The position numbers and the translations under genes were made by a program. A stretch of DNA of 35,167 nt from a virus (lineage: Duplodnaviria > Caudoviricetes): IMG/VR virus record IMGVR_UViG_3300017589_000285, positions 1 through 35,167 of that record; one strand, written 5' to 3'. Within the stretch, counting starts at the first letter, position 1; each line of letters starts with the position of its first letter. This document shows, in pieces, positions 25,467 through 33,035 of the stretch. The notes beneath the pieces were generated by a model that ran no database searches, was not told the DNA's origin, and worked only from the letters and a program-made list of their open reading frames with translations.

Positions 25467-25996
25467 TCCTTAATCTGTTCCCCTATCTCGTAATTGGTGA
25501 GGCTCGTTACCCAGCCTCCTTTGATGCATTTGAACAGGTGTTTGCCTCCGGAGATCCCGATGTAAATCATTTTTTTTGTAAGACTGCTGCGTCCGTTGCC
25601 GTTTTCCCACTGACAAGAGAGGTCGTATTTTTTACCGGAGATCAAATTGACGGGTTCCAGTGGAACAGCCTGTCTTTCTTTGCGTGTTTGAATGTTGCAG
25701 CCCAAGTTTCTAAGTTGAAGGTTGACTGCTACAAATGTACGGCCTATTTTCTTGGCTATTGTTTCGTAGGTTTCTCCGTCCAAATACATTTTGGAAGCGA
25801 TCTCTTTTTCTTCATCTGACCATTTACGTTTGATTTCATATCTTGTTTTCAAATTATTGCTTTTTACGAAGTTTTGCACGGTGTAAAAAGAAACCCCTAG
25901 TGCGTTCGACATTTCCCTTAGCGTCATTTTGCAGGCATTCTTTCGTATATAAATGTCTCTAAAATCTCCCGGGTCAATTACCTTGGGGCGTGCCAT
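25454..25996 (-). CDS. HTH DNA-binding protein
   Basis: Two HTH-like motifs (TLREMSNALGVSFYTV; TYETIAKKIGRT). Confidence 0.7.
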   Translation of the reverse strand: MARPKVIDPGDFRDIYIRKNACKMTLREMSNALGVSFYTVQNFVKSNNLKTRYEIKRKWSDEEKEIASKMYLDGETYETIAKKIGRTFVAVNLQLRNLGCNIQTRKERQAVPLEPVNLISGKKYDLSCQWENGNGRSSLTKKMIYIGISGGKHLFKCIKGGWVTSLTNYEIGEQIKECAE

Positions 25997-26303
25997 TTAT
26001 AGAAATCTTTCGGGGATCTATCTTTCTTCCCTCGGCAACATCGATATACCAGGCTGTGTATTGGGCTATCTTTTGAGCCTCTTTTACAGGGTTATCTTTA
26101 AGTCCGCACCTGAGGGCGTATTTGATAATATTGCCTAGGAGAAAGCCCTTTAACTGCTCTGTGGTGAAGAGTTTCTGCATGATTTCAATGGATTGTTCGG
26201 AGAGCCTTTGATAGTGATTCGCATCCGCTGCGTATCCTGTAGACATATCGTGGCCAGAGATTGATTTTTTTGTAATAAAAGTTACATCATTCGGGTTGCT
26301 CAT
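25974..26303 (-). CDS. DUF3310-like protein
   Basis: HY...GFLLGNIIKYALRCGLK. Confidence 0.78.
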   Translation of the reverse strand: MSNPNDVTFITKKSISGHDMSTGYAADANHYQRLSEQSIEIMQKLFTTEQLKGFLLGNIIKYALRCGLKDNPVKEAQKIAQYTAWYIDVAEGRKIDPRKISINGTPQGN

Positions 26304-26359
26304 TTTTGGTTATCTCCTCTCTATCTAATAAAGGTGTCTCTGTTTTCGATTAATACAAA

Positions 26360-26557
26360 TTAATTGGATTCCCACGGCTTCCATCTTGGACACCAGCAGC
26401 CATCGTGCGGACCATAATGTCTTGTCTCAACGCTGGGGCGTTCTTCGCTGAAATTAAAACATTCGACAACATGAACCTTTCCTTCATGACTCCACGTTTT
26501 TTTGATGAGGAAGCGGCAGTTGTAACAGAAACTTGGGGCCTCTACCTTAACCGGCAT
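26360..26557 (-). CDS. Small Cys-rich protein
   Basis: GGGAGG RBS; CYNCRF...C...CWCPRW. Confidence 0.6.
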   Translation of the reverse strand: MPVKVEAPSFCYNCRFLIKKTWSHEGKVHVVECFNFSEERPSVETRHYGPHDGCWCPRWKPWESN

Positions 26558-26717
26558 ATTTTTCAGCCTCCCTAAATGCAAAATTCATGCAGTTTTCCGA
26601 GTCGTCGCCCTTCCAGTGGAACCGGCCATCAATAAAACATTTACGTAAGTTCGAGCTGTAAAATCCATCCTTTAAGTCAAAATTGATGCAATCCATGCAC
26701 TTCACTTCGTCCTTCAT
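26547..26717 (-). CDS. Small Cys-rich protein (56 aa, not in the ORF track)
   Basis: AAGGGTG RBS; MKDEVKCMDCINFDLKDGFYSSNLRKCFIDGRFHWKGDDSENCMNFAFREAEKYAG. Confidence 0.65.
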   Translation of the reverse strand: MKDEVKCMDCINFDLKDGFYSSNLRKCFIDGRFHWKGDDSENCMNFAFREAEKYAG

Positions 26718-26777
26718 CGATGTCACCCTTATCTGATATACTTTTATGAGTAGTTTTTGCCTGTAAATGCGGGCGGG

Positions 26778-26816
26778 CCGGGTAAGGCCGTGAACCTTAC
26801 CCGGTTTCTTTGTTTT
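26778..26816 (+). terminator. Plus-strand hairpin and T-tract inside the minus-strand early operon
   Basis: CCGGGTAAGG/CCTTACCCGG 10-bp stem followed by TTTCTTTGTTTT. Confidence 0.6.
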
Positions 26817-27552
26817 ACTTGCTGTATCCTGTTACCAGCAGCCAATCAGTCAATTCTTTTTCCAGTGTGGTAAATTCATAATCTTTTGCAGATTCAAGAT
26901 ACCTAAGCCATTTGGGACAGGAGAGTTTAAGAAGGGGACCTTCTCCCTCTTCTTTGGGCTTCTGAACCTCGACTTCAATTTCCATTGCCTGCGGCCACTC
27001 GGAATCCTTAAAGACCTCGATAGTGGCCATGATAGTTTGAGGAATACGGACGGTTCCTTCGGCATCTTTGACTTTAAAGCTGAAAACGTAGTTACTGCGA
27101 TCGTCATAGGTGAAATCACCGGTTACTGTGCTGACGTATTTGAAATTACGAACGGCATATATAATTTCTTCCATGTTCTCTATTTCGTTTTCATCCCGGC
27201 GTTTGAGAAAATCGATCAGCTGTTTGATGTTGAAAACTTGTTCGCCCTTGAGAATCGCTCCCCATTCTTCGCATTTCGTGGATAGAATAAAATCCAGCAA
27301 AATAGTGTCCTGTGTGCGATCTTTTACCGTATCGTCCAGGATGGCAAAGAAACCCTTACTGTTTGCAAAAATAACAGCATTTTCTTTGCTGCCCTTGCTT
27401 TTAACGAGCGTTGCAAAGGCTTTTGTAGAAAGAGCTGCATATTTAAACCCTTGATAGTCGTATGGATCAAGAGCTACCGCAGCGGCTCCCTCACGTAGAG
27501 TTAAAGTGTCACCACTTGGAATTATTTTCAGATCTTTAATTTCCATAATCAT
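26815..27552 (-). CDS. Conserved phage protein (YfdQ/DUF2303-like by size and context)
   Basis: 245 aa, AGGAGG RBS; paired with the upstream ~110-aa gene. Confidence 0.55.
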   Translation of the reverse strand: MIMEIKDLKIIPSGDTLTLREGAAAVALDPYDYQGFKYAALSTKAFATLVKSKGSKENAVIFANSKGFFAILDDTVKDRTQDTILLDFILSTKCEEWGAILKGEQVFNIKQLIDFLKRRDENEIENMEEIIYAVRNFKYVSTVTGDFTYDDRSNYVFSFKVKDAEGTVRIPQTIMATIEVFKDSEWPQAMEIEVEVQKPKEEGEGPLLKLSCPKWLRYLESAKDYEFTTLEKELTDWLLVTGYSK

Positions 27553-27564
27553 TCCTCCTAATTT

Positions 27565-27891
27565 TTAGGCTTTTTCTTCAGCCGGGAAAAGCGATTTACT
27601 ACGCGGCATTGCTGTTTTGCCGAGATCGAGAGGATCTGCGGAAAGATTCCCGACGAGATCCCTTGCGCAGAGCAGTGCTTTGCTTTCTGAGGCAAATGAC
27701 GGCTTGACCTTGCTGACCATTTTGATATGTGTGTCTGAGTCCTGGCAAAGCTTGAACGTGAGAGTGACTGTGATGCTCGCCGATTGGCTATCGTCCTTAA
27801 GACTGTTGACTACTGCGGGGATAAGCTTTTCGACTTGGTGATTGAGATCTTCCATACTCTTAAGGTTGAGCATTTCTCTTTCTGCATACAT
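27565..27891 (-). CDS. Conserved phage protein (partner of the downstream gene)
   Basis: AAGGAGG RBS gives start 27891; ITVTLTFK motif. Confidence 0.6.
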   Translation of the reverse strand: MYAEREMLNLKSMEDLNHQVEKLIPAVVNSLKDDSQSASITVTLTFKLCQDSDTHIKMVSKVKPSFASESKALLCARDLVGNLSADPLDLGKTAMPRSKSLFPAEEKA

Positions 27892-27957
27892 TTTTATTCC
27901 TCCTTCTGATATAATAGTGAGCATCAGAGCTTCACTATTTTGTTTTCCCTTGCCCTC

Positions 27958-28107
27958 TCATTCGCAGTGAGAGGGTTCTTTTTTGTCATACTTCTCATGG
28001 ATTTTTACTGCTTCTTCATACGTTAAAGTTTCTCGTCTTTTCTGTATTCCAGGATATTTAGCACACAGATCGGCATCACAAACTAACGCAATTAACAAGC
28101 TTCCCAT
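27958..28107 (-). CDS. Hypothetical protein (49 aa)
   Basis: GGAGGTG RBS before ATG 28107. Confidence 0.55.
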   Translation of the reverse strand: MGSLLIALVCDADLCAKYPGIQKRRETLTYEEAVKIHEKYDKKEPSHCE

Positions 28108-28120
28108 CTTTTTCACCTCC

Positions 28121-28393
28121 CTATTCTGCGCAATATGTTTTCTGAAATAAATCATCCGGCATGACATCGATGAGGTTTCTCATCGGTTCGTCGAAAATAA
28201 GCCAATCTCCCCTGTGTGGATTTTTGAGACCGCGGCGTGCACAGCAAAGATATTTACCGCCTTGGTAGTCGAAAGCATGACAAAAATCATTTTTGAATTT
28301 TCCGTACAGCTCGTTGTCCATCTTTGGACCTTCGTACTGCACTGCCATAATTATTTTCTTTGTGCGCTGAAACCTCTGTAATTCGATACTCAT
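28121..28393 (-). CDS. Hypothetical phage protein
   Basis: GGAGG RBS; AVQY...GDWLI...LFQKTY pattern common in phage early genes. Confidence 0.65.
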   Translation of the reverse strand: MSIELQRFQRTKKIIMAVQYEGPKMDNELYGKFKNDFCHAFDYQGGKYLCCARRGLKNPHRGDWLIFDEPMRNLIDVMPDDLFQKTYCAE

Positions 28394-28427
28394 TCATCAA
28401 ACCTCCACTATCCAGATCCATAAAAAC

Positions 28428-28604
28428 TCAGCCATGAAAATGATCAGCGCGAACTGAATCTCGTTCATATTCTTGTCTCCGTGCCGGGATTACTACCATT
28501 TCCCGGTAAAATCCTGCGATTAAAAACAGGACCGCGACCAGTCCCCAGGTACCCATGTCTCCGTAAAAACTCTGCATAAAGGCGCTGCGTGCAAATTCTT
28601 CCAT
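28428..28604 (-). CDS. Small single-TM protein (58 aa, not in the track)
   Basis: GGGAGG RBS, TGATG coupling; WGLVAVLFLIAGFY. Confidence 0.55.
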   Translation of the reverse strand: MEEFARSAFMQSFYGDMGTWGLVAVLFLIAGFYREMVVIPARRQEYERDSVRADHFHG

Positions 28605-28732
28605 CACTCGATCCTCCCGTTCTTGTATTGCTTAAAATGTTTGCGGTCGCGCTTGACCTTCCATTCCGCCATGTAAACCATCAAAATCAGGGCGATTACT
28701 ACAAAGAGGGCATAGACTACGCATTCCATCAT
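28604..28732 (-). CDS. Small single-TM protein (42 aa, not in the track)
   Basis: ATGA overlap with xis; MMECVVYALFVVIALILMVYMAEWKVKR... Confidence 0.55.
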   Translation of the reverse strand: MMECVVYALFVVIALILMVYMAEWKVKRDRKHFKQYKNGRIE

Positions 28733-29115
28733 ATTTCCCCTCGTTTTCTATTGAATCTCCTGACGAGCGGAGAGGATGAAGACCTTCTTCCTGAAACCCT
28801 CTGTTCCTGCTTCCAATGGTCGAGGTCTACCTGGGAATAAACGACCTTGCTTCCCTGCTTCCGGTAATCCGGTCCTTTTGTTGTTGAGTCCTTCATCCTG
28901 CATTTATTTAGAAATGCAACTGACATCCCGGTATATGCCGCGGCTTCTTCAACGTTCATATTTTCAGGGTCTACGTCCTCCGGCAGCTTCCTTGCTTGGA
29001 CAGCTGCACCTGATTCAACAGCCCTGAGAATGATGTCAATCTTCTGTTCTAAAAAAGAGATCCTTTCATATTCTTCCTTCGGCATCATTACAAAACTCCC
29101 CGAAAATGGCTGCAT
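28729..29115 (-). CDS. Excisionase-like (HTH_17/AlpA-type) protein
   Basis: MNVEEAAAYTGMS...GPDYRKQGSKVVY...DLDHW. Confidence 0.8.
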   Translation of the reverse strand: MQPFSGSFVMMPKEEYERISFLEQKIDIILRAVESGAAVQARKLPEDVDPENMNVEEAAAYTGMSVAFLNKCRMKDSTTKGPDYRKQGSKVVYSQVDLDHWKQEQRVSGRRSSSSPLVRRFNRKRGEI

Positions 29116-29147
29116 CTTTATTCCTCCTTTCTTGCTGATGTAACTTT

Positions 29148-29927
29148 TTAAGCTACTAAAGCCAGCTTCCTCTTAAGAAAATAATTGACGAAATAGACTT
29201 GTCCCTTGCCTGTTACTTTCACTGTGCGAGAGATCAGGGTGGAACCATCTGGTTTTGTTATAGTCGTTTCCTTGACTCTGAATATTCCTAGTTCCATAGA
29301 CCTTTGTGTGGGCATATTGCGGGATATTCCATACTTCATCAGGTATCCTTCGTTGCGCAGGAAATCAAACAGCCTCTTTTGCCCTATGTCGATTCCGTTC
29401 TGATGAAGAATCTTGGCCAGATCGCCTACTAATATGTCTGTTTGGCTTGTTGAAACTGCGTCGGCAAACAAAACCTTCGGGGCATCCTGTTGGACCTTCT
29501 CTGCAAGATCTGCTGCAAGTCTGAGAGCTTCAGGAAGCGTCCTGGGGATGATGAACTCGGGATTTAAAAGGGGCTCGGCTCTTTCTGGGGTCAGGTAGAC
29601 ACCATGTTTACGGATAGAAGGAAGGACTTCTTTGAATACCCAGTTTTCGAATCTGACAGCATCCGGAAGTTTTGAGTTACAGACGAGCCTGTAAACATCT
29701 GATTCTGTAATAAAAGACATTTCCTGTAAGCCTCCCGCAGTAGGGATGTTCCGTTTTAGAACACCCTTACAATGGTCCCAGATAGCCTTGTGCGGGACGG
29801 CGTAACCAAGCGCTTCGGCAACATCTCTTCCACAAAAAAGAATGGTCTCGGTGCCGAAAATTGTATCTGTAAAGGTGCGAATATTCCCAAATTTTGGATT
29901 GTTAAATATCTGTATCTCGTTGTTCAT
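29148..29927 (-). CDS. Antirepressor (Bro-N + KilA-C/ANT)
   Basis: FCGRDVAEALGY, WVFKEVLPSIRKHG, PKVLFADAV and VTGKGQVYF motifs. Confidence 0.93.
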   Translation of the reverse strand: MNNEIQIFNNPKFGNIRTFTDTIFGTETILFCGRDVAEALGYAVPHKAIWDHCKGVLKRNIPTAGGLQEMSFITESDVYRLVCNSKLPDAVRFENWVFKEVLPSIRKHGVYLTPERAEPLLNPEFIIPRTLPEALRLAADLAEKVQQDAPKVLFADAVSTSQTDILVGDLAKILHQNGIDIGQKRLFDFLRNEGYLMKYGISRNMPTQRSMELGIFRVKETTITKPDGSTLISRTVKVTGKGQVYFVNYFLKRKLALVA

Positions 29928-29948
29928 TTATGTAACCTCCTTTCTTAC

Positions 29949-29957
29949 TGATATAAT
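29949..29957 (+). promoter_or_regulatory. Extended -10 promoter for the proline-rich peptide
   Basis: Perfect TGATATAAT upstream of the RBS and ORF at 30052. Confidence 0.6.
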
Positions 29958-29968
29958 CTTTTCAGCAT

Positions 29969-30006
29969 AAAAAAATACCCGGCACCATGACAGTCGGATA
30001 CCGGGC
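29969..30006 (-). terminator. Intrinsic terminator upstream of the antirepressor
   Basis: Minus strand GCCCGGTATC-10 nt-GGTGCCGGGT followed by ATTTTTTT (stem includes G-U pairs). Confidence 0.7.
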
Positions 30007-30051
30007 AAAATGTTCTATATGATCTAAATGAAAAGAGGTGAGTTGGAACTT

Positions 30052-30183
30052 ATGTCAGAAAACAGGGACCTACCTTTGCGGCATATAAGAGGAAATCCGG
30101 AAATTCAGCAGCCGAACATACCAAGACCACCGCAGGAAATAACTCCGGCTCCAGAACCACCAAAGGGAAAAGCTGAAAAGTAG
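30052..30183 (+). CDS. Proline-rich micropeptide (43 aa, not in the track)
   Basis: AAGAGGTGA RBS; MSENRDLPLRHIRGNPEIQQPNIPRPPQEITPAPEPPKGKAEK. Confidence 0.6.
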   Translation: MSENRDLPLRHIRGNPEIQQPNIPRPPQEITPAPEPPKGKAEK

Positions 30184-30200
30184 TTTAGTAAAACAAGAAT

Positions 30201-30842
30201 TTAGAACTTTTGAAGCGCTTTTTTCTCGACATCGGCAACCTCCATCACGAGGCCGCTGTCGAGATTTATTATCTTTGTCCATGAACTCATGACATTCCAC
30301 ATATCTCCAATATTTTCTCGTGTGAGATGCGGAAATTGATCGAGAAGAACCTCGTTATATTTTTCGTTGTAAGACATTAAAATCCCTATCTGACATATAT
30401 CCGGATTTTCAATGCGATAAACAATAGCCAACTGAACTCTAACTGCTTCTCCTTTTCCCGCTTTTTTATTGAAATAGAGAGAAAACAGATATCGAATCAT
30501 TCTTGAATCTGGCGTATCTTTTGGAAGCCCTTTAAACTTGCTGTGCCACCCAGCAGGCATGTATTCAATCTCACCCAAGGTTCTCCTTATTATTCCTGCT
30601 ATACAGCCCAGTAAAATAGCGATAACACCTGATATTGCAAGCTGAGAAAACAGATTATTGCCCCATGTTATGGCAACGGCATATCCGGGAATACCAAAAA
30701 GTGCTGCCTTAACAATTTCCATACTCTCTTTTTCTTCTTTGCCTCCATCGAAAATAAATGGCTTAAAAAAGAAAAGAGCCAAGAAACCCGGAAGGATCAG
30801 GATGATGAATTGAACAAAATCAAGTGTAGGCATTTTAGTCAC
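30201..30842 (-). CDS. Membrane protein (DUF6338-like architecture)
   Basis: ILILPGFLA N-terminal TM, two more hydrophobic segments, beta-rich soluble C-domain; start may be ATG 30833. Confidence 0.65.
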   Translation of the reverse strand: MTKMPTLDFVQFIILILPGFLALFFFKPFIFDGGKEEKESMEIVKAALFGIPGYAVAITWGNNLFSQLAISGVIAILLGCIAGIIRRTLGEIEYMPAGWHSKFKGLPKDTPDSRMIRYLFSLYFNKKAGKGEAVRVQLAIVYRIENPDICQIGILMSYNEKYNEVLLDQFPHLTRENIGDMWNVMSSWTKIINLDSGLVMEVADVEKKALQKF

Positions 30843-30899
30843 TCTCCCGCCTAATTATAACTTATGCCCGGTATTCGATTGTCATAGTGCGTGAAACTT

Positions 30900-31178
30900 C
30901 TAACCCCTTAAATCCACCGTTTCTAATAACTTCTGGCAACTTCTGACGCTGGCTTTAACTCTTTCTATCCACTCTCTGGTCGTAACTTCGTCGGCTCTTC
31001 CGTCGGCGCAATCTCTAACGATTAGTGCTATTTCGTGAGGTTCGTCGGCCAGGTCGTTTGCTAAGCGAACCGACTCCATAACATCTACAGCCCTGAGCAG
31101 AAAATCTTTAAGGTCATAACTTAAGCCGGCTTCTTCTCCCCCTGCGGGGCTACCGACCCGGCAGGGGTTGTAATAGGG
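30900..31178 (-). CDS. ORF in the -1 frame of cro (frameshift extension, or 59-aa protein from ATG 31079)
   Basis: Frame open 31232-30900; ...LSYDLKDFLLRAVDVMESVRLANDLADEPHEIALIVRDCADGRADEVTTREWIERVKASVRSCQKLLETVDLRG. Confidence 0.65.
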   Translation of the reverse strand, partial: PYYNPCRVGSPAGGEEAGLSYDLKDFLLRAVDVMESVRLANDLADEPHEIALIVRDCADGRADEVTTREWIERVKASVRSCQKLLETVDLRG

Positions 31179-31387
31179 TTTCGTTCTTGTAAAATTTTGT
31201 AAAGCTCTCCCCTTTCGAGACGGAAAACATCCTCAAGCGCTGCAATGTTGTTTGCATCCGTAGGAGGATATTTACCGCTCTCCCAGTCATACACAGTAGA
31301 ACGTGAGACACCTGTTTTTTCTGCAAGTTCAATTTGAGTGAATCCAATTTTTTTTCTTAATTCTCGTAATTTTTCACTGTAAACCAT
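31121..31387 (-). CDS. cro: Cro-like XRE HTH regulator
   Basis: GGAGGTG RBS; LRELRKKIGFTQIELAEKTGVSRSTVYDWESG; divergent from cI. Confidence 0.88.
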   Translation of the reverse strand: MVYSEKLRELRKKIGFTQIELAEKTGVSRSTVYDWESGKYPPTDANNIAALEDVFRLERGELYKILQERNPITTPAGSVAPQGEKKPA

Positions 31388-31513
31388 GACTTCACCTCCG
31401 TTTTTCATGTTCTACTATGAATTATATCCAACTTCCGCTATATGTCAAGTGTACAATGATTTTTTTTCATGGTTGGCTTGTGTTGATTTATTGGTTTGTA
31501 ATGTGTACAGTGA
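31374..31513. promoter_or_regulatory. Candidate operators GTKTACARTGA x3
   Basis: 31374-31384 (minus), 31449-31459 and 31503-31513. Confidence 0.5.
31421..31448 (-). promoter_or_regulatory. Early lytic promoter
   Basis: TTGACA-16 bp-TATAAT on the minus strand. Confidence 0.85.
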
Positions 31514-31535
31514 ACTATGAGTAGGAGGTGAGCTA

Positions 31536-32288
31536 ATGCGAAACGGGGCAACGTTGCGTTTGTTACGAAAAAAGATGAAGCTAACCCAAGAGGAGCTGTC
31601 TGCAATTGTCGGTGTCTCAAGGGGCGCCATTTACGATTGGGAAAGAGATGCTTATTCACCCGAAGGGGACAACCTTATAAATCTAGCAAAAGCACTGGAC
31701 GTTTCAGTAGCTTACTTAATAGGTGAAACTGACGACCCTTCTCCCGCCGATCGGACGGCCGTCTCCGTATGTGATGTAAATTCTGATCGGAAAAAGAAAA
31801 ATGATATTAAAGAGCCTGTGCACGCTACACAACTGGATGATGTTATATTTGTTCCAATTGTTAGCAATAAAGTTGTTACTGCATGCTGCGGAAACGGATC
31901 TGCATATGCCGACGACGTCGCATGGGAATATGAAGGTCAATTTCCTGTTCCGGCAAATCTTCTGATTGGTTATACATGGCAGGGTTGCAGTTACAAGATT
32001 ATGGAAGCCGAAGGTTCAAGCATGGAGCCTTACATATATGATCGGGACAAGATCTTATTTGTTGAAGACTCTAATGTTGGTGTTGGAGATATTGTTGTTG
32101 TTTCAATTGATAATCGTCTATTCATTAAGGGAATCATAAAAATAAATGAAAAAGAATTATGCTTAAGATCATATAATTGGCAAATTTCGCCAGATAAGAC
32201 TGTCAACTTAGAAGGAGATACCGAAGTTTGTGTTATAGGTAAGGTGCTTAAAGTTGTTTCATCAAGAGACATTCCAAAGATGATTTAG
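31536..32288 (+). CDS. cI: CI-like repressor (XRE HTH + S24 peptidase)
   Basis: N-terminal HTH; catalytic Ser in GSSMEP and Lys in FIKG; C-terminal VIGKV. Confidence 0.93.
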   Translation: MRNGATLRLLRKKMKLTQEELSAIVGVSRGAIYDWERDAYSPEGDNLINLAKALDVSVAYLIGETDDPSPADRTAVSVCDVNSDRKKKNDIKEPVHATQLDDVIFVPIVSNKVVTACCGNGSAYADDVAWEYEGQFPVPANLLIGYTWQGCSYKIMEAEGSSMEPYIYDRDKILFVEDSNVGVGDIVVVSIDNRLFIKGIIKINEKELCLRSYNWQISPDKTVNLEGDTEVCVIGKVLKVVSSRDIPKMI

Positions 32289-32335
32289 CCCCTGTCTTGC
32301 GGGGGCATTATTATATCTATAGAGGAGGTTTCAAT

Positions 32336-33013
32336 ATGGCTTTATTAAAATGTCCGGAATGTAATAAAAAAATATCTGAAACTGCTGCTTCTTGTCCAAA
32401 ATGCGGGAAGGTTTTTGGAAATAACGAACTTCTTGAAATTAAGAATAAAAGAAAAAAAATAAATAAAAGAATAGGGATAATATTTACAATCCTTATGCTT
32501 ATAATGCTTCCGCTTATAATAAATAGCGGAAATAAAAAGCCAGATACTGTAATAGTAAAACAATACGTAGGGATGGGAATAACTCCAGATGAATTTAGCC
32601 ATCGTTATAACAAGGCTGTTGATAAATATAAAGCCGGCAAAAATTTTAAAATTCAAAAAATAACCAAAGAGGACGACCATGTTGATTTTTTATTAAACAG
32701 CCATTCTATTGCAAGGGCATATATTACTCCAGGCAAGAAAACCATCAATGATATTGATTTTTTAACAAACACCAGTCGTTCCGTAAAAGGAAGTTCCTCT
32801 GAATGTATTATTCTTTTTATAGGTGCATGTGCTCCATCACTAACTGCAATAGAAGCCCAAGTTCATACTGCTGAGCTTATGCAGGTAGTTTTTGAAAACA
32901 ATCAAGCAACGGATAAACCAAACATAAAGAAAATAAATGGGTTAGTTTTCTCTTCTGTAAACAAACCTTCTGAATCCGAAATTAAAATTTATGTTAAAAA
33001 TGAGGCCGATTAA
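32336..33013 (+). CDS. Zinc-ribbon membrane protein
   Basis: GAGGAGG RBS; MALLKCPEC...CPKCG, one TM, then a soluble domain. Confidence 0.8.
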   Translation: MALLKCPECNKKISETAASCPKCGKVFGNNELLEIKNKRKKINKRIGIIFTILMLIMLPLIINSGNKKPDTVIVKQYVGMGITPDEFSHRYNKAVDKYKAGKNFKIQKITKEDDHVDFLLNSHSIARAYITPGKKTINDIDFLTNTSRSVKGSSSECIILFIGACAPSLTAIEAQVHTAELMQVVFENNQATDKPNIKKINGLVFSSVNKPSESEIKIYVKNEAD

Positions 33014-33035
33014 TCATATAATCTTGAAAATTTTT

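Larger units (their letters stand above)
29982..30890. repeat. 26-bp inverted repeat pair (29982-30007 and 30865-30890)
   Basis: GCACCATGACAGTCGGATACCGGGCA versus the reverse complement of the right copy GCACTATGACAATCGAATACCGGGCA; 23/26 identical. Confidence 0.9.

Noticed and set aside
30070-30300. Minus-strand 76-aa ORF
   Set aside because: Overlaps the membrane gene and lies antisense to the better supported Pro-rich peptide.
31085-31117. ATG just after the cro stop as the start of the downstream gene
   Set aside because: Gives only 10 codons (MTLKIFCSGL) and is not in the long open frame.
31150-31347. +1-frame ORF in cro as an alternative recoding product
   Set aside because: Closes at 31150 inside the hairpin; only the -1 frame extends.
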